A stretch of 64,000 nt of DNA from assembly GCA_963713365.1 (NCBI GenBank), contig CAVQLN010000016.1, positions 2,636-66,635 of the forward strand, read 5' to 3'. Source of the DNA: an uncultured Planctomycetota bacterium (GTDB lineage: Bacteria > Planctomycetota > Planctomycetia > Pirellulales > Lacipirellulaceae). The notes below the pieces were generated by a model. It ran no database searches, was not told where the DNA came from, and worked only from the letters and a program-made list of their open reading frames with translations. This document shows positions 1 through 11,301 of the stretch, one piece after another; the stretch's first letter is position 1; every line of letters begins with the position of its first letter. A program made the translations under genes and the position numbers.

Positions 1-7
1 TAAGTAT

Positions 8-49
8 CCGTCAGCTTTCAGCCATCAGCGGTCAGCCACAAGCCGCTTG
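8..49. repeat. Tandem heptamer tract (6 units), possible orphan arm of the heptamer-hairpin repeat family
   Basis: Read directly: CCGTCAG CTTTCAG CCATCAG CGGTCAG CCACAAG CCGCTTG. No inverted partner inside the window; the window edge is at position 1. Confidence 0.35.
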
Positions 50-132
50 CACGAGTCGTAATTTCGACCTGTTTTGTGCGCTCGCTGTTTCGCGGCGCCG
101 CACGATTTCCCGTGGGGCGCGTTCCTGCCGCC

Positions 133-156
133 GTGCAAAATGATTGAGTTTTGCAC
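133..156. promoter_or_regulatory. Candidate operator: perfect inverted repeat GTGCAAAA-N8-TTTTGCAC about 80 nt upstream of the Nramp start
   Basis: Palindrome read directly. A further GCGCAAAA half-site lies at 181-188. It matches no regulator box I can name. Confidence 0.3.
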
Positions 157-237
157 GTGAAAGTGGGACCCCGTTGCGGCGCGCAAAATCCCTTCGCTCT
201 ATCTGTCCTTTGCGCCCCTGCGTTAAGATAGGTCTCG

Positions 238-1776
238 ATGGACGCGCAAAAGACACGACAAGCGGTTGACATCCCCGAGCCGTCGGGCGTGCTGGCCGAG
301 CCGTGGTCGGCCGGCAAATTGTGGCGCATGCTGGCGCTGTTCGGGCCGGCGGCGATCGTCGCTTCGGTTTCCATCGGTGCAGGTGAAACGATCATCGTCG
401 TTAAGACCGGCTCTTGGGCCGGCTACAATCTGCTGTGGCTGGTGCTCGCCAGCGCGCTCATCAAAGGCGTTTGCGTCACTTACCTTCTCGGCCGATATTC
501 GGCTGTGAGCGGCGAGATGATTGGCCACCGGCTTGTGCGATTGCCCGGGCCGCGCGGCTGGCTATTACTGGCCATCATTGGGCTGGAGCTGGGGGCCGCC
601 GGGCCGCTGTGGGCAGCGATCGCCCGACCAAGCGGCGACTTGCTCTACTACCTGCTGGATCGCTTCGCGATCGTGATTGGACTCGGCGGTGGCTCGCCCG
701 CCGATCCAACGCTCCCGGCCGATCAGCTATTTGGAATCGCGGCCGACACTTGGCATTCAATCTTCGCAACCTTGCTGATCATGGCCGCGCTGCGCCGGGG
801 GCCGGCGTTTCCTTCGTCTCGCTGGAGCGACAGCAGGTGATCATTTGCGGCATTCTGGTGGCCGGCACGGTCGCCGGCACACTCATGGTGCAGCCCGACT
901 ATTTCGCCGCCCTCGTGGGCACTCTGAGTTTCGGATACATCCCGCCGATTCCCGATTCGGCGCCGCCCGACGTGCGCCAGCAGCCAATCCTGGCAATCAC
1001 GACAACCTTCGGTTACGTCGGCGGCTCGGTGATGTGCTATATCGCCTACGCCAATTGGGTGTGCAAACATCGCTGGGGACTTTGCAGCCATCGCGACATC
1101 GATCAGATTCGCGAGCGAGCGGCCGCTGGCCGCCCGGGCGATTACCTGCCCGACGATCCGCGCGAAGCAAAGCGATTGCGACGGCTCGTGGCGCCGCTGC
1201 GATGGGATGTGGCGCTGGGCGCCATCGTGTTGTTTGTGGTGAGCGCCTCGTTCATGATAGCGGGGGCCGAAGTTCTATCCGGCGGCGAGCACGGCCAAGC
1301 GTTCGAAGGCTGGAGCCTGCTCACGGATCAGGGCCAGATCTGGCACAGCATCCATCCCGCGCTGGTTTGGGTTTATTACGTCTGCGTGCTGGCCGCGCTT
1401 ATGGGGCACTCTTCAGTCGTACCCGGAGATTTATTCCCGTGTGACGCACGAATTTCTCACGGCTATCTGGCCCGAACGATCCATCCGCTTTCGCCGCGTC
1501 CAGCAATTTGTTTGCGGTTACGTCCTGCTCACGGCGGTACCGCTGGTGTGGAGCCGCGTGCGATTCGACACGCTGGTGAACGTCGTATCGTTCCTGGCCA
1601 CAACCGGCGGCGTGGCGCTGGCGATGCTGGCCGCGTTGTACCTCGATTTTCAGCTTCCGCCGAAGTACCGCACGCGAAAGTGGATGCTCGCTGCCGGGTT
1701 CGCTTCGGCTGCAATCCTGCTGGCCATCACTGTGGTGAGCGGCTGGTTCTTGGCGCGCAGCTTGATGTCTGCGTAG
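238..1776 (+). CDS. Nramp-family divalent metal cation transporter (split over three frames in this assembly)
   Basis: ORFs 238-840, the middle of 414-1844 and 1441-1776 join into one multi-TM Nramp-like protein (LFGPAAIVASVSIGAGE, YNLLWLVL...). Frame changes sit at G-runs near 797-801 and 1403-1406. Confidence 0.75.
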
Positions 1777-1793
1777 TTGCCAGTAGCTGCCAC

Positions 1794-2087
1794 TTATTGT
1801 GGATCAATCGGCGTTGCGCCGGGCGGCGGCGTGCCCTTGCCTGAGCGGACGTACGTGCTGCGGCCACGGGCATAGTCGTCGGGACTGGGAAGATCGGCCG
1901 CCCCGCCGCCGGCTCGTGCCGCTTCAAACAGCTTTTTGAGATAAGGCCGGCACCAGCCGCAGCCCGTACCCGCCCCATGACATTCGGCCAACTGGCTCTC
2001 GCGCTGCGGCCGCTCAATGCGCAGGAAACTGATCACCTTGCGCTTCGTAACATGGAAACACAAACAAAGCTCGTCGTCGAGTTCCAT
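1794..2087 (-). CDS. BFD-like [2Fe-2S]-binding protein
   Basis: 97-aa ORF with the Cys pattern CLCFHVTKRKV...ECHGAGTGCGWC, typical of bacterioferritin-associated ferredoxin-like domains. Confidence 0.75.
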   Translation of the reverse strand: MELDDELCLCFHVTKRKVISFLRIERPQRESQLAECHGAGTGCGWCRPYLKKLFEAARAGGGAADLPSPDDYARGRSTYVRSGKGTPPPGATPIDPQ

Positions 2088-2144
2088 AATGTCGATATGG
2101 CCAATGCTTCCATTCGCCGTGACCGCCGCTTGCGGCTTAGCTTT

Positions 2145-3178
2145 CTAACGCCCCTTACTATGTTCCAACCGCGCGAGACCCGCCGCGCCAATGTATCCCG
2201 CGTCGCCCGCGAGCGATGCGAATTCGATCTTCAATTTGTCGCGCAGCGGCTCCAAGAGTCGCGGCCGCACTTCGTCGCGGATGCGTTGCAGGAAGTTGCG
2301 TCCCAGCTCGCTTTCCTGGCCGCCAAAGTTCATCGCGCCGCCGAGCACCACGGCATCGGGATCGATCGTGTGCACAAACGTCACGATGCCGATGGCCAGC
2401 CAGTAGGCGGTTTCCATGATCACGTTGCGGGCCAACTCGTCGCCTTTCTCGGCGGCTTCCGCCACCAAGCGCGGCGTAATCTCTTCACCGGCTGCTTGCC
2501 GTTTGGCCAGCGAGCTCGCTGCGCCGCTTCGCAGCCCGGCCAGGGCGCGGTCGACCACCGCTGTCGCATTGCAGTAACTCTCGAGCGAGCCGCGTTTGCC
2601 CAGCGAATCCATCGGCGCATCATCGGACGGGTTCACGAGGATGTGGCCGCACTCGCTGCCGCAACTGTGCTCGCCTTCAATGAGCATGTCGCGAACGATA
2701 ATCCCGCCGCCGATCCCGGTCCCAAGCGTGAGCAGTACCATGCTGCGATACTGGGCCCCGCGCCGCGCCAGAATTCTCCGTACGCCGCCGCATTCGCGTC
2801 ATTGGCGAACGTGACGGGCACTCCCACATGGTGGCTCGCCCGATCGCGAATCGGAAAGTCGCGCCACTCAGGCAGGTTGCCCGGCCGCAGGATCATGCCG
2901 GTTGGAATATCCATGGGTCCAGGCGTCGCCAGGCCGGCGCGCACGACGTCGCCGGCCGAGACGCGTGCTTCGCTAATGATCCGCCGCGCCGCGAGGCCCA
3001 TCCGTACGCAGGCGTCTTCTGGGCCTTTTTCCTGATCGGTGGGCATCGAGTGATACGCGAGCGTTCGCCCAGTGTCATCCACCAAGCCGATCTTGATATT
3101 CGTGCCGCCCACGTCGATGCCAATAAAGAACGGCTTCTGAACTCCCGACCCAGGCATTGAAGAGGATGCAAGCGACAT
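2145..3178 (-). CDS. ROK-family sugar kinase (glucokinase-like), one frame change
   Basis: The N-terminal ORF 2633-3178 carries FIGIDVGGTNIKIG and ANDANAAAYGEFWRGAG. The C-terminal ORF 2145-2741 carries LTLGTGIGGGI and CGSECGHI. They join at a GGGG/CCC run near 2756-2762. Confidence 0.85.
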
Positions 3179-3294
3179 GACCAGCGTATTCTACAAATGG
3201 CGACTTGCGAAATCCGGCAACGACTTCGCCCAACTGTGCAAAGAGCACCGCATCGAGTATACGAGTGCGTCCAGTAGCACGCAATTGAATGCAG

Positions 3295-4417
3295 TTAGTT
3301 TGTGCGCTGCGACGTGCGCAGGTCCGTCGACGACAGATCGGTGCGAAAAAGCGATTCAGGCACGTCTTCGCATAGCTCGCGAAGCGCGATTGGCAGTTCG
3401 ACGTCCGAAAGCCGCACAAACTGCTCGTCGACCATCCGGCCGAAAACAAGGAACCGGCAGCCTTGATTCGCAATTGTTGCGATCGTGTCGTCGCGCTGTA
3501 ATGCATCGCCGCCATAGTAACGCAGATCTGCAATTCGAATGAGCGTGTCCATTCCAACCACAAACACGCAGCCGGGCACAACCTTGGCCTTTTCTACGAA
3601 TGTCGGCGCGGGTCAAGAGCACTGACCGGTCGGCCAACGGCTTTAACCGGTCGGCAAGCTCAATAAAATCCAGCGGCGCTTTGTCGACGTTCGTAATCGA
3701 TAGCTCGAAAGTCACTGGCATGCTGTAGTGCGCCCGAGCCACCTCGGCCATTTGCAGGTGGCCTTCGTGAAGCGGGTTGAACGCGCCGGGGAACAGGACA
3801 GGGCTGTCCTCGTCATGAATCGCGACGGACGTTCGCTCACCTAGCAGCAGCTGGGTCCACGCCGCCGGTGCATGTTGTTCCCGACGACGCACCGAAGCCG
3901 CCACCGAAGGCTCGACCAACGAACTTCCGTCAACTCCGCAGGCTTCGCACACCGCGGTGAGAATAAGCTGGGTGGCGACCATCTCCTCTTCAGCGCGGGT
4001 CCGCTCGCCCTTCACCAATTCGCACGAATAGGAAACAGTCGCCTCGGCCGATTGCCATGCCACGTGAATCCGGTGTGGGCCGCGCTTCGGTCGCGTAGAT
4101 GCCAGGCTGGCGGTCGCCCCAATGCCGCGTAACGTTCGCGGATCGGCGTCGCAAAACTGCCGTGCCCGCCCGAACGCCGTCATCGCCATGGCTCGCGATG
4201 TTCGCTCGCTGCAGTGCTGGTCGACCGCGCCGCCTAACCAGCTTTCCAGGGCTGTCGGCGCATAGGGCACAATCGCCCCCACAATGCTGGACGACGCGCC
4301 AGGCACTTCCAGCAGCGAGGCAATTGCCCGGCTGCCGCCGCCGGTAATCGACAGCAGTATGTGCATGCCGGAAGCATGCACACGCTCGATCAGCTCATGC
4401 TCAATCGGACTCGACAT
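3295..4417 (-). CDS. CinA/PncC-like domain fused to a cytidylyltransferase-family (NadD-like) nucleotidyltransferase, one frame change
   Basis: The N-terminal half has ITGGGSRAIASLLEVPGASS. The second half has FPGAFNPLHEGHLQMA (the GxFxPxHxGH motif). ORFs 3356-4417 and 3295-3579 join near 3608. Confidence 0.6.
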
Positions 4418-4719
4418 GCCCTTAGTGTAGCGACGGCGATACCGAGAGTAACGCCCGCAGACGTTTCATTTGATCAACATCTCCGTAGCCTACGTCCTCG
4501 CGAGGTTGCGTTTTGGCAACACGGCCGCTGCGGGACAATCGATACGGCAATCCGTAGCCGATCGATTCACGCTTCCCCGCCGCTCGATTCTCGGGATAGC
4601 TCCGGCGCCGATTCTGGCCGGCATGCGGCTTGCCTTCTAAGGTCGCAAACCTTGCCAAGCTATTGCTCCCTCCGGCCCTCAATTGCCCTTCCGCCGCACC
4701 CACACCGACGCACGCAACT

Positions 4720-5859
4720 ATGGTCGAAGTAATTGAAGTCAACGACATCAACGAACTCTCGCAATACCGATTGCTGTGGAATTCGCTGTTCGCCGCGACA
4801 CCGCGGGCGTCGTTCTTTTTGACGCTTGATTGGCTGGAGGCTTATTGGCGCCATTTCGGCCATGATCAAAAGCTTAAGGTACTGATCGTGTACGCCGCCG
4901 GCCAGCCAATCGGCATCCTTCCGTTGTGCGTGCGCAACGAACAATATCGGCTCAACAAAGTGCGGGTGCTCACCTATCCACTCGCCGACTGCGGCACCTG
5001 GTATGGGCCCATTGGGCCGAACCCGGCGTCGACGATGCTGGCCGCGATGCAGCACATCCGCCGCACGGTGCGCGACTGGGACATGATCGAGCTTCGCTGG
5101 GTGGCCGACGACGGCACGCAAGGCGGCCGAACCGCCCGCGCCCTTCGCGTCGCCGGCATGTTCACGGAGAAGGCGCCCTATCAAACAACGTCCATCCTCG
5201 AATTGCCGGAGAGTTGGGACAATTTCGTGGCGGCCAAATCCCGCTCGGTGCGTCACCAATTCCGGCGGCAATTACGGCACGCGTTCGAAGAAGTCAGCGC
5301 CGAATATGTCCGCCACCGGCCCGCACCGGCCACGGAAGGCGATGGCGACCCGCGCTGGGATTTATACGCGATGTGTGAAGAAACAGCGGCCAGCAGTTGG
5401 CAATCCTCAGTCACCAACGGCAACACGCTTTCGCACGATCGAGTGCGAGATTTTTATCGCGACGCACATGCGGCCGCTGCACGGCTCGGCATGGTCGACG
5501 TCAACGTGCTGATGTTCGAAGGCCGACCGGCGGCGTTCCTTTACAATTACGTCTGCGATTCACGAATTTCAGCATTACGAACGGGTTTCGATGCGGCCCT
5601 TGCGGATCATGGCTTCGGCTCCGCGTTGGCCCTGAAATTCATCCAGGATTCGATTACGCGCGGCGACAAGTTTGTTGACTTCGGTCAAGGCGAACGCGAG
5701 CACAAGCGCCGCCTGCGTACGGGAACCGAGTCAACCTACCGACTCACCTACACGCCCATCCGGTCGTGGCGCTCGCAGACTGTACGCATTACGCGCTGGG
5801 CAAAGAACCGCTGGACGCGGACGAAACAGCCGGCGACGGCCGAAGCGGTCTCGGCATAA
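4720..5859 (+). CDS. GNAT-family acetyltransferase of the CelD/BcsL (FemAB-like) type
   Basis: Intact ORF. I place the start at ATG 4720 (MVEVIEV). Family-like segments include FFLTLDWLEAYWRHFG and FVDFGQGEREHKRRL. Confidence 0.7.
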   Translation: MVEVIEVNDINELSQYRLLWNSLFAATPRASFFLTLDWLEAYWRHFGHDQKLKVLIVYAAGQPIGILPLCVRNEQYRLNKVRVLTYPLADCGTWYGPIGPNPASTMLAAMQHIRRTVRDWDMIELRWVADDGTQGGRTARALRVAGMFTEKAPYQTTSILELPESWDNFVAAKSRSVRHQFRRQLRHAFEEVSAEYVRHRPAPATEGDGDPRWDLYAMCEETAASSWQSSVTNGNTLSHDRVRDFYRDAHAAAARLGMVDVNVLMFEGRPAAFLYNYVCDSRISALRTGFDAALADHGFGSALALKFIQDSITRGDKFVDFGQGEREHKRRLRTGTESTYRLTYTPIRSWRSQTVRITRWAKNRWTRTKQPATAEAVSA

Positions 5860-5882
5860 GGCCCGAGGTGAATTGCCGCGAC

Positions 5883-6458
5883 CTATTCTCCCACCGCCGC
5901 GTGGTAACAATAGTCGAACAGCAATTCCCATTCGGCCTGCTGGATGTCGAGGCACAGCTCGCGCGCGTCGCCGTGGCCGCGGACAGAGGATTCGACCAAG
6001 TCGATAAATGCCAGCGGATCCCACGCGCCGCCTGTGATCAGTTTTTTGCCGCTACTCTCTGCGCCGCGCACGGCGGCCATCTCCGCGGCCCGTTGACCCA
6101 CCAGGTCGAGCACTGGATGCTTGCCTACGCGGCGGAACCAGTACTTGGCGTTCGAAAAGTCGCCTTCGCGCCGGTGCATGATGCCGTGCCAGAAACTGCC
6201 TTCCGGCGTTTCTATCTCCTGGCTGATCCTATGCGATTCGTCAAGGCAATCATGCAGTAGCCACGCGCCTGAAACACAGCACGATGCCATCTCGCGATCG
6301 ACGACGCGCGCATGCGCAAACGCGGTGTCGACGGTCAGCTTCTCAAGTGCCGGGTGCGCCGCGGCGTTTGGCCGGCCCGCGTCGAGCGGCCGCCGCCGAT
6401 CCGTGTCAAGCACTTTGGCAAACTCAGGCCCGTAAGCTTGTATGTCAAATTGGCTCAT
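5883..6458 (-). CDS. Hypothetical protein
   Basis: Intact ORF. I place the start at internal Met MSQFDIQ (6458). No domain recognised. Confidence 0.5.
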   Translation of the reverse strand: MSQFDIQAYGPEFAKVLDTDRRRPLDAGRPNAAAHPALEKLTVDTAFAHARVVDREMASCCVSGAWLLHDCLDESHRISQEIETPEGSFWHGIMHRREGDFSNAKYWFRRVGKHPVLDLVGQRAAEMAAVRGAESSGKKLITGGAWDPLAFIDLVESSVRGHGDARELCLDIQQAEWELLFDYCYHAAVGE

Positions 6459-6891
6459 TGCTTCGATATCTTGTTGAGCTTGGAATAGTTGAGCAGCCGC
6501 GGCGCGAATTAATTTACCACACGCCGGCCTGTGGATAACTCTATTTTTGCATTTTCCGCCCGTCCGTGTTAGGCTGCGGTTGGTTTGCCGCGGCGGGCCA
6601 GCCGGGGGCAAATCGGCAATAGAGAAGCATGTTATTCCGCAAACAAGGCCGCTGGTCGGCGCTGGCTGCTTCGCTGTGCGCCTTTCTGCGATTTCTCGCT
6701 TCGCGACTCCATTGTGAGATCTGTCAGCAGCAAACGATTCTCGCGAGTTGTGGGCGACAGCCCCACTTATCGCGCGGGGACCTCACGTTGATGTTCGTTT
6801 GCCGACCAAGTCCGTTTGAATTTTATCCGTCGCTCCATCGGAGCGAGGAATTCATCACTGTATTTCAGTATTCCGGACGGAGACCTTTGAA

Positions 6892-9800
6892 ATGGCCGAG
6901 CGACACCCTGCGCCAGGCCGCCCGACGGCGGCACCCGCGCGCCAGCGCGCACACACTGGTCCGCGCCAGACGCTTAACAGCCGCGCGCTGCATTACGAAC
7001 CGCTGGAAGATCGGCGCCTGCTGGCGCTGGTGACAGTCAATACGCTTTCGGACACTGTCGACTTAAATGACGGTCTCACGTCGCTCCGCGAAGCGATCTT
7101 CGCCACGAATCTTGTTAGCGGCGCCGACCAGATTGAATTCGCTTCGTCGCTGACCGCGGGCGGCCCGGCAACGATCTTGCTCACTCAGGGCGAACTGCGA
7201 ATTACCGATGACCTCGCGATCGAAGGGCCTCGGGGCGAATTTGCTCACGATCGATGCCGCCGGCAACGATCCAACGCCCGACGAAAATAACGGCGACGGC
7301 AGCCGCATCTTCAACATCGATAATGGTGACAGTGCCTTATTTATCAATGTAACTATCCGGGGCTTGACGCTTACCGGGGGCGACGTGCTGGCCAGCGGCG
7401 GAGCAATTCTTAGCCGCGAACATTTCACTCTTAGAGACTGTGTCGTTTCGGGCAGCGCGGCTGTCTCGGCGGATCCCTTAATCCTCAGTTACGGCGGAGG
7501 CATCGCTCACAGCGACGGCCTGCTGGCGGTAACCGGCAGCATCATTACGCATAACGTCGGGGATTTTGGCGGTGGAATTCACCTCGACGGCGGCCAGGCA
7601 TTTGTGGCCAGCACGATCATCACCGCGAACGTCGGGCAGAGCGGCGCGGGCATCTACAACCACGGCGGCGTCGCGTTCATCAGCCGCAGCTCGATCCGCG
7701 ACAATTCGGCCGGAGCCTTTTCTCTCGGCGGTGGCATCTATTCGTCAGGAAACCTGTCCGTCTTCGACACCACGATCAGCGGCAACTCGGCCGACTACGG
7801 CGGCGGCATCTTCAGTCGCACGGAAACCGTCGGGCGACAACGAAACGCTCATCGTCAACTCGACCATCTCCGGCAACACAGCTTTCTCGCGCGGCGGCGG
7901 CGTGCGCAACGCCTACGGCCGGACCACGATCCAATTCAGCACGATCACCGGCAACACCGCGCCGCCAGGGCAGGGCAGCGGCGTCGCCTCGCGCGGATAC
8001 ACCAGCGCCACGACGCGCATTTCGCACACCATCATCGCCGGCAACACGAATAGCGACGTCGATTTCGGCACCGGCAGCATCAACACGTTCGTATCGCGAG
8101 GCTACAACCTCGTTGGCGCCGGCAACGCAGCGGCAGCGTTTCAAGGACCGGGCGATCAGACTGGTGTTGCCAATCCACTACTCGGTCCGCTGGCCGACAA
8201 CGGCGGGTTCACCTTGCCCGACGGCAGCCGCACGTTGACGCATGCCCTTCTGCCCGGCAGCCCGGCGATCAACGCGGGCGACCTCAACGCGAAAGCAGGC
8301 ATGGGCGGCGTCCCGACATACGACCAGCGACTCGAGCCATTCAGCCGCGTCGTGAACGGCCGCATCGACATCGGCGCATTCGAATTCCAGGCAGCCCAGC
8401 GACCTCAACCTGCTCGTCGACATGCTCGACGACGAATCCGACGGCAACCATGGCCGTCGGCGACCTCTCCCTGCGCGAAGCCATCGACCTGGCCAACCTC
8501 TACCCCAGCGACGACACGATCCGCTTCGATCCGGCCCTCACCGCCGCCGGCCCGGCCACCATCCTGCTCACCAAGGGCGAGCTGCGAGATCACCGACGAT
8601 CTCGCGATCGAGCGGCCCCGGTGCAGAGCCTGCTCACGATCGACGCCAGCGGCAATGATCCCGACGCCGCATGAAAACAACGGCGACGGCACTCGCATTT
8701 TCAACATCGACAACAACCTGTCGACATTGATTGACGTTTCGGTTGCCGGCCTGACACTGACCGGCGGCGACGTCGCCACAAACGGTGGGGCGATTCTTCA
8801 CGCGAAAGCCTTACTCTCTTGAACAGCGTGATTTCCGGCAACTCGGCAATCCGGTTTGGCGGCGGAGTCTACAGCCGTGGTCGCACACTGACGGTCATGG
8901 GCAGCACGTTCAGCAACAACCTGGCGGATATCGGCGGCGGCATTCATACGCGTTACGCCGCAGTCACGGGTAGCACGCTGAGCGGCAACACGGCGGCCAA
9001 CGTCACGGCTGTCCAGGGCGGAGGCGGCGGAATCTATGCTCGGGAGGGAGTGACAATCACCGATTCGACTATCAGCGGGAATTCGTCGGCAGGGGGCGGT
9101 GGCGGTGTGTATATCGTGGGCACGGCGACGATAACCGGAAGCACGATTACGGGCAACTCGGCCTTCCGTGGAGGCGGAATACGGTGTGTCGATTTAACGC
9201 TGACCGATAGCACGGTCAGCGGCAACTCGGCTCGTGAAGGGGGCGGCGGTGGTATTTCGACGCTGGGCCGTGTTCTGACGGTGGGTAGCACAATCAGCGG
9301 CAACTCCGCTGGCTCGGGCGGCGGTATCATACTCGGCACGTTTTTTAGCGAGTTGACGGTCATCGACAGCAGTATCGGCGGCAACTCGGCGGACGGAAAT
9401 GGCGGTGGTATTTGGGCCGACTTTAAGGCTCAAGGTTGACGGTTACGGGCAGTCAGATTCACGACAACCTGGCTGGTCGAGATGGCGGCGGCATTTACGG
9501 TCGCGGCGACCGTTTCGACTGTGACTGGAAGCGCCATCACGGGGAACTCGTCCGGCGGGAACGGCGGCGGCATCTTTGCCGTCTCGCAAGTGACGGTCAC
9601 CAGCAGCTGCAATTGAAAACAACTCGGCCGATGGCGACGGCGGCGGAATTCAGTGCGCCGTATTGACCCTAAAAGATAGCACGATCAGCAACAACACGGC
9701 CGGCGGCGACGGCGGTGGCTTTGTCGGCGGCAACTCGACAGTAACCAACAGCACGATTAGTGGCAACTCAGCCGGCGGCAACGGTGGCGGCATTCGCAGC

Positions 9801-11276
9801 CGTTATGGCAGCCTGACAGTGACGGCGAGCACGATCAGCGGCAACTCGGCCGATGGTGACGGCGGCGGAATTTGGAGCTTTGAATCATCTAACGTCATTG
9901 TGTCGATCAACGGCAGCGCGGTTCGCAACAACGTGTCCGGCGGTAGCGGTGGCGGAATTTTCGCGGGCCACAACGGTGCTCAAGTTTCCATTACCGAAAG
10001 CGTTGTCGACGACAACTCGGCCAACAAAAACGGTGGCGGGATCGTGCTGCGTGGCAGAAGTGGCCAATTGACGGTTACCAGCAGCACGATCAGCAACAAC
10101 ACCGCCACGGAAGATGGCGGCGGCATTCACAGCCAGGATTCCGGCGTCACGCTCACCAGCAGCACCATCAGTGGCAATGTTACCTTCGGCGCCGGCGGCG
10201 GGCTATACTGGTTCAGCTCGGAAGCCGTCTCATTCATCGCTCGCCACAGTACGATCGCCAACAACCGCGCAGCTTCGATTCGGCGGCGGCGCCTGGGTGG
10301 CCGGCGGCGACGCACTTTTGAATCACACGATCGTGGCGCAGAATATGGCCCCGTTAGGTCCGGATTTTAGTCGCGCAGTTTGGCAGCGTCGACGCGCGGT
10401 TCAGCCTCATCGGAAACAACTCGGGGAGCGGACTGGCCGAAGCGCCTATCGGCTCGCCCGATGCCAACGGCAACTTAATCGGCGGCACCGGCAATCGTAC
10501 GATCGACCCAAAACTGTCGCCATTGGCCAATAACGCGGGACCACGCTGCCCGATGGCAGCCGCATTCAGACTCATGCGCTGTTTGCCGGTAGTCCGGCAA
10601 TTGACATGGGCGATCCGGCCGCGATGGCCGGTGTCGACGGCGTGCCGCAGTTCGATCAGCGCGGCGCGCCGTTTACGCGCGTGCATGGCGGGCGAATCGA
10701 TATCGGCGCGTTTGAGTCGCAGCCCAATCCGCTGCCGGGCGACTACAACTTCAGCGGCGTGGTCGATGCCGCCGATGTTGTCGTCTGGCGCAAGACGATC
10801 AACTCGACAACCGATCTGCGCGCCGATGGCAATGGCGACGGCATCGTGAACCAGGACGACTGGCAAGTGTGGCGGGCGAATTTCGGCCGGACGGCCGAAA
10901 GCGGGGAGCAAGGAGCAAAGAGCCAGGAGCGGGGAGCAGAGAGCACGGAGTCAGCAGCAAATCAAGTGCCGACACCGCGACCGGCCTGGCAGCCCCCGGT
11001 CAACGATCGCCGTGGTGGACTTCGCCGAGGGTTTCTGCGACGTCGCCGAGGCCAATGTTTCGGCCGCCGACCCAGCGATTTGAGCCGGAGGAAGATTTGC
11101 TCGCGTCGCTCACTTCAGCGCGTCAGATGGATAGCGACCGACATGATTTTGCACCAGCGCGACTGCAATCGATGCGCGAAAGCGTCGCCGATTCAGACGA
11201 GGTCAGCACTGACGCCATTGATCACGTGTTCGAATCTGTAGGGTGGGCACCGCCCACCAATTTGCGATCGAAATAG
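6892..11276 (+). CDS. Giant secreted repeat protein: two tandem CSLREA-like / PMP-type beta-helix / choice-of-anchor-Q-like modules plus a dockerin-like tail; at least 10 frame changes
   Basis: Fragments 6892-7290, 7208-8053, 7566-8822, 8450-8674, 8819-9439, 9436-9666, 9663-10370, 10114-10533, 10523-10849, 10606-11241 and 10869-11276 chain together. Motifs: [10 protein letters not shown] leader, [12 protein letters not shown] and [11 protein letters not shown], many GGGI..S.ISGNSA repeats, [21 protein letters not shown] twice, [18 protein letters not shown]. Confidence 0.8.
10899..10961. repeat. Nine tandem GAGCNNN-type heptamers embedded in the tail region of the giant ORF
   Basis: Read directly: AAGCGGG GAGCAAG GAGCAAA GAGCCAG GAGCGGG GAGCAGA GAGCACG GAGTCAG CAGCAAA. 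No inverted partner nearby. Confidence 0.6.
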
Positions 11277-11301
11277 CGTCGGTGGGCATTGCCCACCCTA
11301 C
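11238..11301. repeat. Double palindrome (2 x GGTGGGC-N3-GCCCACC) whose outer 12 bp GTAGGGTGGGCA/TGCCCACCCTAC are inverted; likely bidirectional terminator or REP-like element
   Basis: Read directly. It lies between the convergent giant + gene and the - strand TPR gene, whose stop is at 11301. Confidence 0.6.

Noticed and set aside
1977-3035. 352-aa plus-strand ORF
   Set aside because: It is antisense to the BFD-like and ROK genes, which have clear motifs, so it is a shadow ORF. The same reasoning applies to 12159-12941, 11289-11702 and 52625-53362.
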